Shown here: positions 18,650 through 28,484 of the stretch, piece by piece
Layout: the number at the start of each line of letters is the position of its first letter
Position numbering within the stretch: position 1 is the stretch's first letter
IMG/VR virus record: IMGVR_UViG_3300028792_000003
Location: 1 to 64,000 of that record
Length of the DNA stretch: 64,000 bases
From: a virus
Taxonomy: Duplodnaviria; Caudoviricetes
Reading direction: 5' to 3' (one strand)
The notes under the pieces: generated by a model
Database searches by the model: none
Told to the model about the DNA's origin: nothing
The model's input: the letters and a program-made list of their open reading frames with translations, nothing else
Program-made: the position numbers and the translations under genes

Positions 18650-18756
18650 AAGCCCCTAGGACGGCCTGGAAGCACTTTCCCGGCATCGACCCCCGCCGAA
18701 GGGCCAACAGGTCGTCCTAGGCCCCGCGTGGCAGCGGGAGCAGCACCCAGAAAAGC

Positions 18757-18849
18757 GAAAGACCCCGGCAGAACAGGCAGTAGGTGCCGGAACCAGCCAC
18801 CTGGCGGTTCCAGAACCCAAGGGAGAAGCCTGATCTACCGGGGTCTTTC
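18757..18849. terminator. Probable bidirectional terminator between convergent operons
   Basis: GAAAGACCCCGG...CCGGGGTCTTTC inverted repeat with A-rich and T-rich flanks. Confidence 0.6.
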
Positions 18850-18895
18850 TCATGGGCAAGAGACGTAGCGTGGACACGTCCGCTTGCCGGTCAGG

Positions 18896-19936
18896 TTAGC
18901 GAAGACGCACGGCAGAGTCCACTGCCCTACGGATCGCTTTACTAGAAGAGCCGCCCGGGTCATTGCTCAGGAGCGGGTTCCTGTCGTATCGAACAGCCCG
19001 GACCAGGAACTCCCGGCGCAGGTCCGTGCGGGGGTCGTACTCCTGGTACTGCTTGCCATGGTCCGACCGAAGACGGATGCCCTGTGCGTACAGTTCTGCC
19101 TTCCGGCCCGCTTTGTCGTTGTCGTAGAAGAGCACGATCTCCCCGACGCCGAGCCGTCGCAGCAGACGCACCTGGTTGGGCGTGATCGAAGACCCGTACT
19201 GGCCGAGTGCCGGGATTTCCGCCTGCCAGACCTTGGCGGTGTCGATGCTGCCTTCCACGATGCACACCATGTTGGAGTTGGACTGCTCGACCAGGTGTGC
19301 GCCGTGCATGTAGTCCTGCCGGTTGAACGGCGACTTCTTCTTCGACGGGTACTTGTAGCGCAGGTCAACGTCCGGGTCGAGGTAGCGCAGGATCACCCCG
19401 GCCAGACGGCCTTCCATGTCCCGGGCCGGGATCGTCGCCGCGTTGTTGATGATGTCGTAGCCCAACTCGAACTGCTGAACGGTGTCCTGCTTCAACCAGC
19501 GGTGGAACGAACAACCGACCTTGCCGGTGCAGCCCTGGGGAGGACGACGGTCCTGCGAGCACCTGCCCCAGTACGGCGTGGGGAATGCGTACCGCTGCAA
19601 CGACTCGTCATCTGCGAACGACGGCTGCTTCTTCGGACGGTTCAGTTCCCGGAGAGTTTCCTGCACGTGCTGCACGGTCCGCTTCAGGTCCGGTTCCATG
19701 GCCCGCACGTTCAGCACGCCGTACTGCTCGCCCAACTTGGCGATGCCACCGCCTTCGCCGCAGGAGAAGCACACCCACAGGCCGGTCTGCAAGTTGAACT
19801 GAAGCGTGTACTTGCTGGACCCGTGGAACTCGCACCGGACCATCACCTCCGAGCCGTTGACGTTGCCCACGTCGAGGTGTTGCTCTGCGAAGTCGCTGTA
19901 CTGGAACCCGGACAGTGCCGACTTGTCTGCCGACAT
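18896..19936 (-). CDS. DNA primase (zinc finger + TOPRIM)
   Basis: 'CEFH...CFSCGEGG' Zn finger; 'IVEGSID' and 'LFYDNDKAG' TOPRIM motifs. Confidence 0.9.
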   Translation of the reverse strand: MSADKSALSGFQYSDFAEQHLDVGNVNGSEVMVRCEFHGSSKYTLQFNLQTGLWVCFSCGEGGGIAKLGEQYGVLNVRAMEPDLKRTVQHVQETLRELNRPKKQPSFADDESLQRYAFPTPYWGRCSQDRRPPQGCTGKVGCSFHRWLKQDTVQQFELGYDIINNAATIPARDMEGRLAGVILRYLDPDVDLRYKYPSKKKSPFNRQDYMHGAHLVEQSNSNMVCIVEGSIDTAKVWQAEIPALGQYGSSITPNQVRLLRRLGVGEIVLFYDNDKAGRKAELYAQGIRLRSDHGKQYQEYDPRTDLRREFLVRAVRYDRNPLLSNDPGGSSSKAIRRAVDSAVRLR

Positions 19937-20361
19937 CAGGCAGCCATCCAGGTCTCGTTGCGGACGATGCGTCCGATAGTGCGGCGGTCAACGCCAAACT
20001 TCTGGCCGATCACACCTTGGGGCAAACCTTGCTCGTGATACATGCGACGAATCATGTGCACGTTGTCCCAGGCCAAGTGGGTGCGACCGTGTGACTCATA
20101 CCTGGCCTGACGACCTTTCCTATTGCGATCCGCATGGTTGTCCGCATGAGTACCGACAAACAGGTGTGACAGCCGGTAGCACGCAGGATTGTCGCAGTGG
20201 TGACAGATCAACATTCCGTCTGGGATGGGGCCAAATGCACTCTCCCACGTCACCCGGTGTATCAACGCGGTCTTGCCGTTGTGCCAGGTCTTTCCGTAGC
20301 CCTTGGATGACAGCCCATGCTTCCACCGCTTACACGGACCGATTGACTTAGTTGTCTTCAC
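19936..20361 (-). CDS. Free-standing HNH homing endonuclease with C-terminal HTH
   Basis: 'IHRVTW...ICHHCDNPAC...HLFVGTHADN'; GTG at 20361 with GGAGG SD inside the dnaB 3' end. Confidence 0.85.
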   Translation of the reverse strand: MKTTKSIGPCKRWKHGLSSKGYGKTWHNGKTALIHRVTWESAFGPIPDGMLICHHCDNPACYRLSHLFVGTHADNHADRNRKGRQARYESHGRTHLAWDNVHMIRRMYHEQGLPQGVIGQKFGVDRRTIGRIVRNETWMAA

Positions 20362-21622
20362 CAGAATCCTCCATTCGTGCTGCGTCACGGAGGTCCAACA
20401 TGGTCTGGTAGTCAACTTCACGGAGGATTCCCTTGTCAGGTTCGAAGTGGACATGCCAACGAAAACCGCCGGGACCGTTGCGGTTCTTTGCCATCTTCAT
20501 GGTCTGCGTCTTCGAGGACGTCTGCTTGATCGTGATGATCCCCGAGGCATCCTGACCGATGGCGTCGGACTGGCTGATGGTCTCCGGGCCACCGGGGTCT
20601 TTGCCACCCGATGCGTTCCGGTTCAACTGCGACGCTGCGACGATGGGCACCTGGTACTCGACAGCGAGGTTCAGCAGCCCGGACGAAAGCGCTGCCACGT
20701 CCTGCCATTCACCGCCCTTCTTGTCCATCAGGGTCAAGTAGTCGATGAACACGATGTCGGGCCGGTTCCGCTCGATCTGAGAGGCGACCGTCATCAGGCC
20801 AACGCGCCCCCGCGTCGTGTCGGACACGTGCAACTTGCCGTCGAGTTCCTTCTTCAACTGCCGGACGAACTTCTTGTAGCGAGTCAGGTCGAAGTCCCGG
20901 CCCTGCATCAGCGCGGTGGTGCTGAAGATCTCCTTGCCGATGGACGACGACAGGAACGCGTGGATACGCATGCCGACCTGGGCACGTGACTGTTCGAGGG
21001 CGTCGAACTGGACTGTGTAGCCGTTCAGAACAGCGGCAGTGGCCATCCGCTGCATCGTCCAGGACTTTCCTTCACCGAGACGCGCACCCACGATCCACAG
21101 GTCGCCGGGCTGCGGTCCACCGGTCTTGTCGTCAAGCGTTTCGAACCCGGTGGGGATGCCAGCACTGCCAGTACTAGCAACACGGTCCACTCGTCGTTCC
21201 ACGTCGGACACGATGTCGTCGTACATGCTGAAGATGTCGCCGTCGTTCATCGTGCCGAGCGAGGCGGCGATCTTCACCGCGCTGGACCCCATGGCCCGGA
21301 CAGCGGAGTCGATGTCACCCTTGGCGATCAGGTCGGTCCATTCGTTGATGCCGACCAGCATCTGTCTGCGGGCTGCTGCCTTGCGCACCTCGGTGGCGAA
21401 GTACTCGGTGTCGTTGACCGACTTGACCACGAACTTGGGGAACTCGGACTTGAATGCCGTCTTGCTGGGGGTCTTGCGATACCTGCCGTAGTAGCCTTCC
21501 AACCACTCCCACTCGTCGGGGTAGGCCCGGAACATTTCGTTCCCGATGTGGTTGGCCATGGCCAGATTGATGTCTCCTTCACGCAGGACGCTGCTGATCA
21601 GGAGTTGTTCGACGTTGGACAC
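20348..21622 (-). CDS. dnaB: DnaB-like replicative helicase
   Basis: Walker A 'GARLGEGKS'; 'VFIDYL', 'SQLNR', 'SDAIGQDA', 'KNRNG'; probable GTG start at 21622. Confidence 0.92.
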   Translation of the reverse strand: MSNVEQLLISSVLREGDINLAMANHIGNEMFRAYPDEWEWLEGYYGRYRKTPSKTAFKSEFPKFVVKSVNDTEYFATEVRKAAARRQMLVGINEWTDLIAKGDIDSAVRAMGSSAVKIAASLGTMNDGDIFSMYDDIVSDVERRVDRVASTGSAGIPTGFETLDDKTGGPQPGDLWIVGARLGEGKSWTMQRMATAAVLNGYTVQFDALEQSRAQVGMRIHAFLSSSIGKEIFSTTALMQGRDFDLTRYKKFVRQLKKELDGKLHVSDTTRGRVGLMTVASQIERNRPDIVFIDYLTLMDKKGGEWQDVAALSSGLLNLAVEYQVPIVAASQLNRNASGGKDPGGPETISQSDAIGQDASGIITIKQTSSKTQTMKMAKNRNGPGGFRWHVHFEPDKGILREVDYQTMLDLRDAARMEDSGEDN

Positions 21623-21759
21623 AGGTGTGCCTTCTTTCCACGCTTGATGTTCTTGGCCCATGTTGGAGCATTGCTTGCACTGCTACCCGAAAGACTGAAC
21701 CCGGCCCCGCTGCTCTCCTTCAGCAAGGCCGGGTTCTACGTCCAACGGGGAAACCGACA

Positions 21760-22356
21760 CTACCCCTGCGCCTTCTTCGCCGCCTTCTTCGCGGCACGGG
21801 TCGCGGCAGCCTTGGAGGCCGGGGTCGGCTCACGGAGCACCCAGGTCTGCTCGATGGTGTAGCCACGAGCCATCAGCCGGTGCACCAGCCCGGACATCAG
21901 CGCCGGGGCGTTGACCGGCTTGCCGTCCGTGGACTTGATCGTCTTGGCCACCTTGGCGGCGACCTCCGCACGGGACGAACCGCCTTCCAGCATCAGGTTG
22001 ACGATGGTTTCCGAGTTGGAGCCCTTCACGAAGCCGTGCTCGTTCATGTCCCGGGGCAGCGACCGGCCAGAGGTGCCCTTGGCGACCTTCTTGGTGGGGC
22101 GCTTCTTCGCGGTCGTGGTGCTGGCCTTCTTGACCGAGCGCTTCTTGGCCGGAGCCGTCTTGGCAGGAGCAGTCGTCTTGGCCGCAGCCTTCTTGACGGT
22201 GTGCTTCTTCTTCTTGGGGGTGACCACTGCCGGAGCACCAGCAGCGGTGTCGTCACCCTTGGCCGAGAACTCCACTGACGGGGCGATCTTCTTCTTCGCG
22301 GTCTTCTTCGCCGGGCGCTTCTTGGGAGCCGGTCCGACCTTCTTGGCAGGTGCCAT
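21760..22356 (-). CDS. Histone H1-like Lys/Ala-rich DNA-binding protein with a globular C-terminal domain
   Basis: PAKK/AKK repeats; ATG at 22356 with AGAGG SD and a promoter-like sequence upstream. Confidence 0.75.
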   Translation of the reverse strand: MAPAKKVGPAPKKRPAKKTAKKKIAPSVEFSAKGDDTAAGAPAVVTPKKKKHTVKKAAAKTTAPAKTAPAKKRSVKKASTTTAKKRPTKKVAKGTSGRSLPRDMNEHGFVKGSNSETIVNLMLEGGSSRAEVAAKVAKTIKSTDGKPVNAPALMSGLVHRLMARGYTIEQTWVLREPTPASKAAATRAAKKAAKKAQG

Positions 22357-22408
22357 GATGATGATCCTCTGGTTGTTGTTGTACGGGTGGATGTACTTGC
22401 AGAACCGG

Positions 22409-22458
22409 ACACTACAGGCAGACGCGATGACCGTGCAACATATCGCGCTGACCTGCGG
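22409..22458 (-). promoter_or_regulatory. Leftward sigma70-type promoter with upstream CCGCAGGTCAG motif
   Basis: Minus strand TTGCAC-N18-TAGTGT; CCGCAGGTCAG ends 9 nt upstream of the -35. Confidence 0.55.
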
Positions 22459-23059
22459 CTTTGCGCGTGTCGCGGCGTGGTTGACCCGGGCCATGGGCAC
22501 AGGTCCGGTGACCAGACGGCAGCGGGCCAGTGGCATAGGGCGCTCTACTAGAACAGTCCTGAACAGGAAGACAAGACAGGCATACCGAACAAGTAGCCGA
22601 AGGAGCCGGTAGAGAAAGAACCAGCAGAAACAGAAGCAGCCCCAGGTCACTCTGTCCTTGGAGCCGGGGAAGACTAGGAGCAGAGAACCTGGGGCTGCGA
22701 TTCCACCTGGACCCAAGCATTGCCCTGGACGACGCTGCACTCGGGTTGCAGCAGTGCGGGGCGAAGAGCACCAAGCGGGAAGAACTCTAGCCGAACCGGT
22801 CGCGGGCGGGTCAAGCCCCTCTGCACCGTTTGGACGTATGGCCCTGGTCACTGATCGACGGCACAGGCCGCTGGGCAGAATGGTCACCGGGCCGATGGCA
22901 CCGGGCGCTCTGGTATCTGTTTGCCGGTGAACAAGCGAACGATCCTTTCGGCAGCCTGGACTCTTCTGGTGATCCTGGTCGATGTAGCACTGGCCCTCTT
23001 CCTTCTGATCTGTCTGGTGGTGATCATCAAGATCATCTTCGGCTGACCCTCTGTCTGAA

Positions 23060-23230
23060 CAGTTGAGCAGTTGAGCAGTTTGAACTGAAGAAGAACAGAC
23101 CGAACATCTTCCAGAATCTTTTTTTCTCTTTCTCTGGTAGTTGTTCTTTCTGTTCTTCTTTTTTTTTCTTCTTCTCCGGTAGTTGTATCTCTTTCTTCTC
23201 TCTTGAACCTGTAGATGTATGTAGTAGTAA
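23060..23230. other. AT-rich polypyrimidine tract with short repeats (candidate replication origin)
   Basis: TCTT/TTTT-rich run; TTGAGCAG x2 and GGTAGTTGT x2; at the strand switch next to dnaB and primase. Confidence 0.4.
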
Positions 23231-23696
23231 GTACTCAAAGACGCGCGACGCGCAGGTGCCCACGCGTGGGAGCGCGCGAGGCAGGCCCTGCTGCAAGAGG
23301 GCCGCAAGAGGGACGCGGCTGAACCGAAAGCAGGTCGAGAGCATCCACGACCCGAGACCCGAGCACCAGGGAAACCGGCAGGGGTGACCCGATCCGGGAC
23401 CGGCCGGAGGAAGCCACAGAATCCGATCTGCGGGACTGGCACCCCGGTCCGGCTGTCCGGATGCCCCGGGGTGGGTTCTAGGCCGTTACAGGCGCTCTGA
23501 TGGCTTGCCATGACCGGCCCATGACCAGCCCGGACCGACCACCTGGCAGGCAGGACCAGGCTGGACCAGGGGTCGGAAGACGGCAGAATCCTCGCAGTTC
23601 TGGGTGGGTTCCCGGGGCAGGTACCCGGCAGGACCGAGTGCGACAGCGCCTACAAGTGTCCGTTTTGCCCCTTTTTCCGTAAAGTAAAGTACAAAA

Positions 23697-23752
23697 CCGC
23701 AGGTCAGACCGCGTGTCGGAATTGGATTCCACAGGGGGTGGTTTGGTACCCT
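23697..23752 (+). promoter_or_regulatory. Rightward promoter with upstream CCGCAGGTCAG motif
   Basis: TGGATT-N18-TACCCT with extended TG; same 11-mer as the leftward promoter. Confidence 0.45.
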
Positions 23753-23757
23753 TGCGG

Positions 23758-25100
23758 TCCGGGTTGATGTCTGCCCGGAAGCACCTCCGTAGAAGCCGAC
23801 TGGGTTCGGTGGACTTGCACGACAGTGCGGGGCGCGGGGGTGATCGCTCAGACATCGGGGTGTAGCCGACAGGCGGGATTGCCCCGGGACTCCGGTCCCA
23901 ACGACAACTCAACAGTGGGACGGTCTGCTGGACTTGCACGGTTCGCCGCGCAGGACTCGCAGGCTGAAGGGACAGGGTTAGGGATCGCCGGTTAGGGTGC
24001 CAAAACTCACGTCAACTCGTGAACCTGTTTCGTCCGGTCGGTGGATGTTGTGTCCACGGCTTACGCACACCTGGGCTTGATGCCCCATAGGTTGCAGCAA
24101 CGACTCATGGCCATGGACTTGGCCAGGACGATGAACCGGAAGCGCCGATCTCCACGCAAGTGGGGAAGGATGCGCAACAAGATCGGTCGCTGGTGACAGC
24201 GCGACAACCGATGTCTCTGTACTGACTTGCAGCCCCACGTGACTGCTGATCGAACCTGATCGGCCTCACCCCGGACTTGCTAGGACAGACCGCCGAACGT
24301 ACACAGCGTTTACTCCGCCGCCATGGTGCTGGGCAACTCCCTCGGGGGATTGCCGGACCAGCAGTGCCAGACGGAATCGCGCTTGACCGTACCGATGCCG
24401 CCGATCACTTGATCGGCCCAATGCACTCGGATCAAGGTGGGTACTAACTAGGTCGCGTTTCGGCCCTCGGGCACGCAGACAAGTACAGAAGACAACGACA
24501 GATCGATGAAAGGCATGACCCGCCGCTTAGACGGCTCCAGTCCCGATCTTCCGTGTAGCGATGGTGCCTCGTGTGGGCTACGTGCGGAAGTGAACGCGGT
24601 GTGGAATCCGCAACGATGGCAGCATGACTCGACGCCGGATACTGGCGAACACAGAGACATGGCTTGCACCACTTACAACTACGAACCTCGCCCCTGGGCC
24701 TGTTGGTAACAGGCAGTAGGGCGGGTCGCGTGCCGCTAGTTCGGCACAGGTGATCATCCTGCGGACCTCGGGGTCACGGGACTTGCGCGCTTCCGGGCGG
24801 GCAGGACTCTTAGCGGGCAGACGGATCACAGTGGATCATGCAAGCCGGGAAATCCCGATGGGGTCCAAACTCATCGGAAACCCGTTAGCGACCGCGATGA
24901 CAGAAGACGAAGCCCCGGAGTGTGACCGGGGCGGGTGAGCGGGATGGGTGGGAAGTTGAACTGTTCGCAGGGTGGAACCGGGGTCATGTAGAGATAACCA
25001 ATCTTGCACTAGACAGTGCGGGTGGACGATGGTGCTGGACTTGCCGTCGTCCTTCCCGGAACGCCTAGCGCGAACCTCAGCCTGTTCGACCGGCAGGCTG
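23758..25100 (+). ncRNA. Candidate large structured non-coding RNA (about 1.35 kb)
   Basis: No credible ORF; many hairpins including GCAA and GTGA tetraloops; long-range helices; six GACTTGC copies. Confidence 0.5.
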
Positions 25101-25126
25101 GCACAAGTACAACGAAAGGTCTGAAC

Positions 25127-27289
25127 ATGACGCTTGAAGAAAAGGCCGTCCGACTCATTCGCAAGTCGCTGAAGTACTACGGGGTCAGTGACGACCTGGG
25201 ACCGGCTGGCTCCCTGTCGGAGAACCTGGCCGCTGACCTGATCGAAGCGGGGTGGGTTCGCTGATGCTCACCGACACGCTGGGCTTGACCACGCCCTACA
25301 AGGTCACTGACGAACGAACCGGCCAGGCTCGACTTGTCTGGTCCTCGTCGCGGGGTCTGCGGCGACTGCTCCGGGCCAGGATCATCGGTACCAAGTCCGA
25401 CCACCACCTGGTGTCGGACACTCACATCCCGGCTACCACCGGGGTGCTGCGGGCCTACCACTACGACCGCAGCAGGCTGATCGGGACGTACCTCGTCACG
25501 AACACCACCTGGGGCGACTTCGCCACCTACGATGTTGAGAGGCCCAAGGACGACCCGTCCCTGGACCAGAAGATCAGCAACGCAGAGTGGGACCGCGATC
25601 ATGGCACTGGCGACTAACATTCGACTTCCGCTTGACGACCACGGCAACACGCCTCGTCAGCGCCGCAAGTTCGTCTGTAAGAAGCACCTCACGGCGTACT
25701 GCGCCAAGCGCAAGTGCGTCAAGCAGATCAACATCAAGAACAAGTAGGGGGTACTCGTCGTGGCAAGCAGGAAGCAGAAGCACGCGATGGTGATGGCCAA
25801 GCGGGAGTCGCGTCTGGCGGCGGAGCGCAGGGTCGGCCAGGAGGCGCTGGAGCGGGACCACGCGGAGCGGGCCAGGCAGGCTCGATTTGCGGAGGCAGAG
25901 AAGATGCGCCGCCGCAACAGCATCACCAGCAAGATGATCAACCTGATCGCCAAGTCGCTGGACGCCAACGAGGAGACCAAGTGACCCAGACCAGCCTTCC
26001 CAGCACTCGCCCGGTGATCATCGACCACACGGGCATGGTGGATCGCTTCATCAACAAGTCGGACTTCGCGGCCAGTTCGTCCGAACTCAGCGTCCGGGGT
26101 CATGCGTTCAGCGTCCGGTGGACGGCGATCCTGCTCTGGGTACTCGCTTTCATCCTGGGCACGGAAGGCGGCTGGATGGTGATGGTCTGTATGGGCCTCA
26201 CCGTGGCGGGTGTCGTCCTGTGGATGATCACCGGCCTGATGCTGGCCGACGACGCCAGCGAGTAGCAGCAGCAACAAGTACAACGGCCCGCCCCACTCAT
26301 CCCGGTGGGGCGGGTCTTGCACGTCCAACGACAACACAGCATGAGTGAAAGGGAACTATCAACATGGCCAAGTACAAGGGCACCGACTTCAAGGTCGGGC
26401 AGCGCGTTCTCGTGGACGGGGACGAGCCGGGCTACTGGGGCAAGGTGGTCCAGGTGAACCCGCGCACCGTCGAGGTGGAGTACGACGATGCGGACAGCAT
26501 CTTCCGGGTCTTCTTCAGCGACGTCGTGATGATCAAGCCGGAGGACGCGTCCGACCAGACGGCACCGGACGGCTACCAGGCGGACCCGGACAAGTTGAAC
26601 GACACGCTCAAGCCGAAGCACCCCACCGGGCCGCGCAAGTCCGGGGTGGCCGCGCTGGTCAACAAGGAGGGTCTGCTGGCGGTTCTGGGCACGGTTGTGC
26701 TGGCCCCGGACGGTGCGAACCAGACCTACTCGTTCCCCAACAACCGGCTCTGGGTGATCACGACTGACACCGGCACCGTCGTAGAGATCGCTCCGATCAA
26801 TGGCGACCCCGATGACGACTACCAGAAGGTTATCTGGACCTGCTACCGCAACGAACTCCGCACGGTGTCGGTGGCAACCACGATCCCGATGGAGTACCTG
26901 CCGTGACCAGCCAGAAGTCCTACACGTTCAACGACGTGCTGCTGAACGTGCAGATCGACCCGACTCGTGACGAGTACCCCACTTGGGAGCCGCGTCCGAA
27001 CACCCGGGTATACCTGACTGGCCCGACTCGTGCGTCGGTCTTCGTCTACGGCAGCAGGATTGCAACCCTGTTCGCTGACGGTAACGTGAAGTTGCTCGTG
27101 TCGCAGGACATGTCCAACACCGTGCGCAACAGGCTGAACGACGTGCTCGAACCGTTGGGATGGCGACTGCACCAGTGGTCGCATCGTTGGTACTTGCTGG
27201 CGTTGCAGCCGAACGAACCGGTTCGCATCGAGTACATCACCGGGATGATCATCCACCCGGCACCCATCACCAACAACAGCAACCGCTGA
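25127..27289 (+). other. Cluster of small early hypothetical genes (25127-25264, 25264-25617, ~25601-25747, 25760-25984, 25981-26265, 26364-26906, 26903-27289)
   Basis: Tightly coupled ORFs with SD sites and phage codon usage; 26364 starts with an SH3/KOW-like 'FKVGQRVLV'. Confidence 0.6.
26286..26315 (+). terminator. Intrinsic terminator-like hairpin
   Basis: GCCCGCCCCAC...GTGGGGCGGGT followed by CTT. Confidence 0.55.
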
Positions 27290-27306
27290 CAAGAAAGAGG
27301 AATCAC

Positions 27307-28470
27307 ATGGCTACCTCGGCCACCCGCAAGACCGCTGCCGCCAAGAAGCCCGCCGCATCGAAGAAGCCCCTCCCCAAGCGCACCGCATCTACCAGGGCGA
27401 CCGTAAAGAAGCACACCCCGGTCAAGGAGGCTGCTGTCCCGGACTTCGCCATGGCGGAGGTGCCGGACAAGTCGATCCTCGACGGCTACATCAGCCGCAC
27501 CGTCGTGCACAGTGCCAAGAAGAAGGACAACAAGTCCGAGTTCGACGTCTTCGACGCTGCGCTGGCGAACATGTGGAACGTGCTGATCGAGGGTCCGACC
27601 GGCCCCGGCAAGACGACCGCCGTCCAGGCATGGTGCGCGGCACGGGGTATCCGGTTCGCGTCGGTGTCTTCGAACGCGTCGGCCGAACCGTCCCAGTTGT
27701 TCGGCAAGTACATCGTCAACGAGTCGAACACCGGCTCTCAGTTCGTCTGGCAGCACGGACTGGTGTCCGACATCTTCCTGAACGGCGGCGCGCTGCTGAT
27801 CAACGAGATGAACTTCCTGCCGGAACGGATCAGCACGGTCCTGTTCGGTCCCACGGACAGCCGCCGCGCTCTGACCCTGATGGACCACAAGGGCGAGGTG
27901 CTGAAGGCTCACCGGCCCACGGTGCTGAAGCGTCGTGGCGACCAGATGATCCCGATCACCTGCTGGTGCGACTCCCCGGAGTCGGACGACTGCAAGTCGA
28001 AGTGGGTGATCATCATCGGGGACATGAACCCGGACTACGAGGGCACCCGTCCGCTGAACAAGGCGTTCCGTAACCGGTTCGCGGTGCAGTTGCAGTTCGA
28101 CTACGACTCGGCGGTCGAGAAGTTGCTGATCAAGTCTGCAAGCCTTCGCATCATGGCTAACGACATCCGCAGCGACGACCAGTACGAGACCCCGGTCGCC
28201 ACCAACATGCTGATCGAGTTCGAGTCCCAGTGCGAGGTGCTGGGCATCGAGTTCGCCAAGTCGAACTTCATCAACCACTTCTCTCCGGAGGAGCGCGATG
28301 TCGTGAAGGTCGTCATCGAAGCCTATGCGGACAACATCGAGTCGGAACTGTCCGACGAGATCGAGGCCGACGACGAGGACGACAGCAACGCTGATGCGGT
28401 TCCGTCCGTCGATGACGATGCCATCGAGGTGGACGAAGACACGTTCGACTGGGTTCAGACCACGGCCTGA
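27307..28470 (+). CDS. MoxR/CbbQ-type AAA+ ATPase
   Basis: Walker A 'GPTGPGKT'; Walker B 'LLINE'; 'MNPDYEGTRPLNKAFRNRF'. Confidence 0.88.
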   Translation: MATSATRKTAAAKKPAASKKPLPKRTASTRATVKKHTPVKEAAVPDFAMAEVPDKSILDGYISRTVVHSAKKKDNKSEFDVFDAALANMWNVLIEGPTGPGKTTAVQAWCAARGIRFASVSSNASAEPSQLFGKYIVNESNTGSQFVWQHGLVSDIFLNGGALLINEMNFLPERISTVLFGPTDSRRALTLMDHKGEVLKAHRPTVLKRRGDQMIPITCWCDSPESDDCKSKWVIIIGDMNPDYEGTRPLNKAFRNRFAVQLQFDYDSAVEKLLIKSASLRIMANDIRSDDQYETPVATNMLIEFESQCEVLGIEFAKSNFINHFSPEERDVVKVVIEAYADNIESELSDEIEADDEDDSNADAVPSVDDDAIEVDEDTFDWVQTTA

Positions 28471-28484
28471 AGAAGAGGAACAAC

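Noticed and set aside
22357-23511. N-terminal 385 aa of the 583-aa ORF 21760-23511
   Set aside because: Low-complexity translation of non-coding DNA; an SD and promoter support the start at 22356.
23758-25100. Group I or group II intron
   Set aside because: No interrupted host gene, and no recognisable domain V or P7 core by eye.
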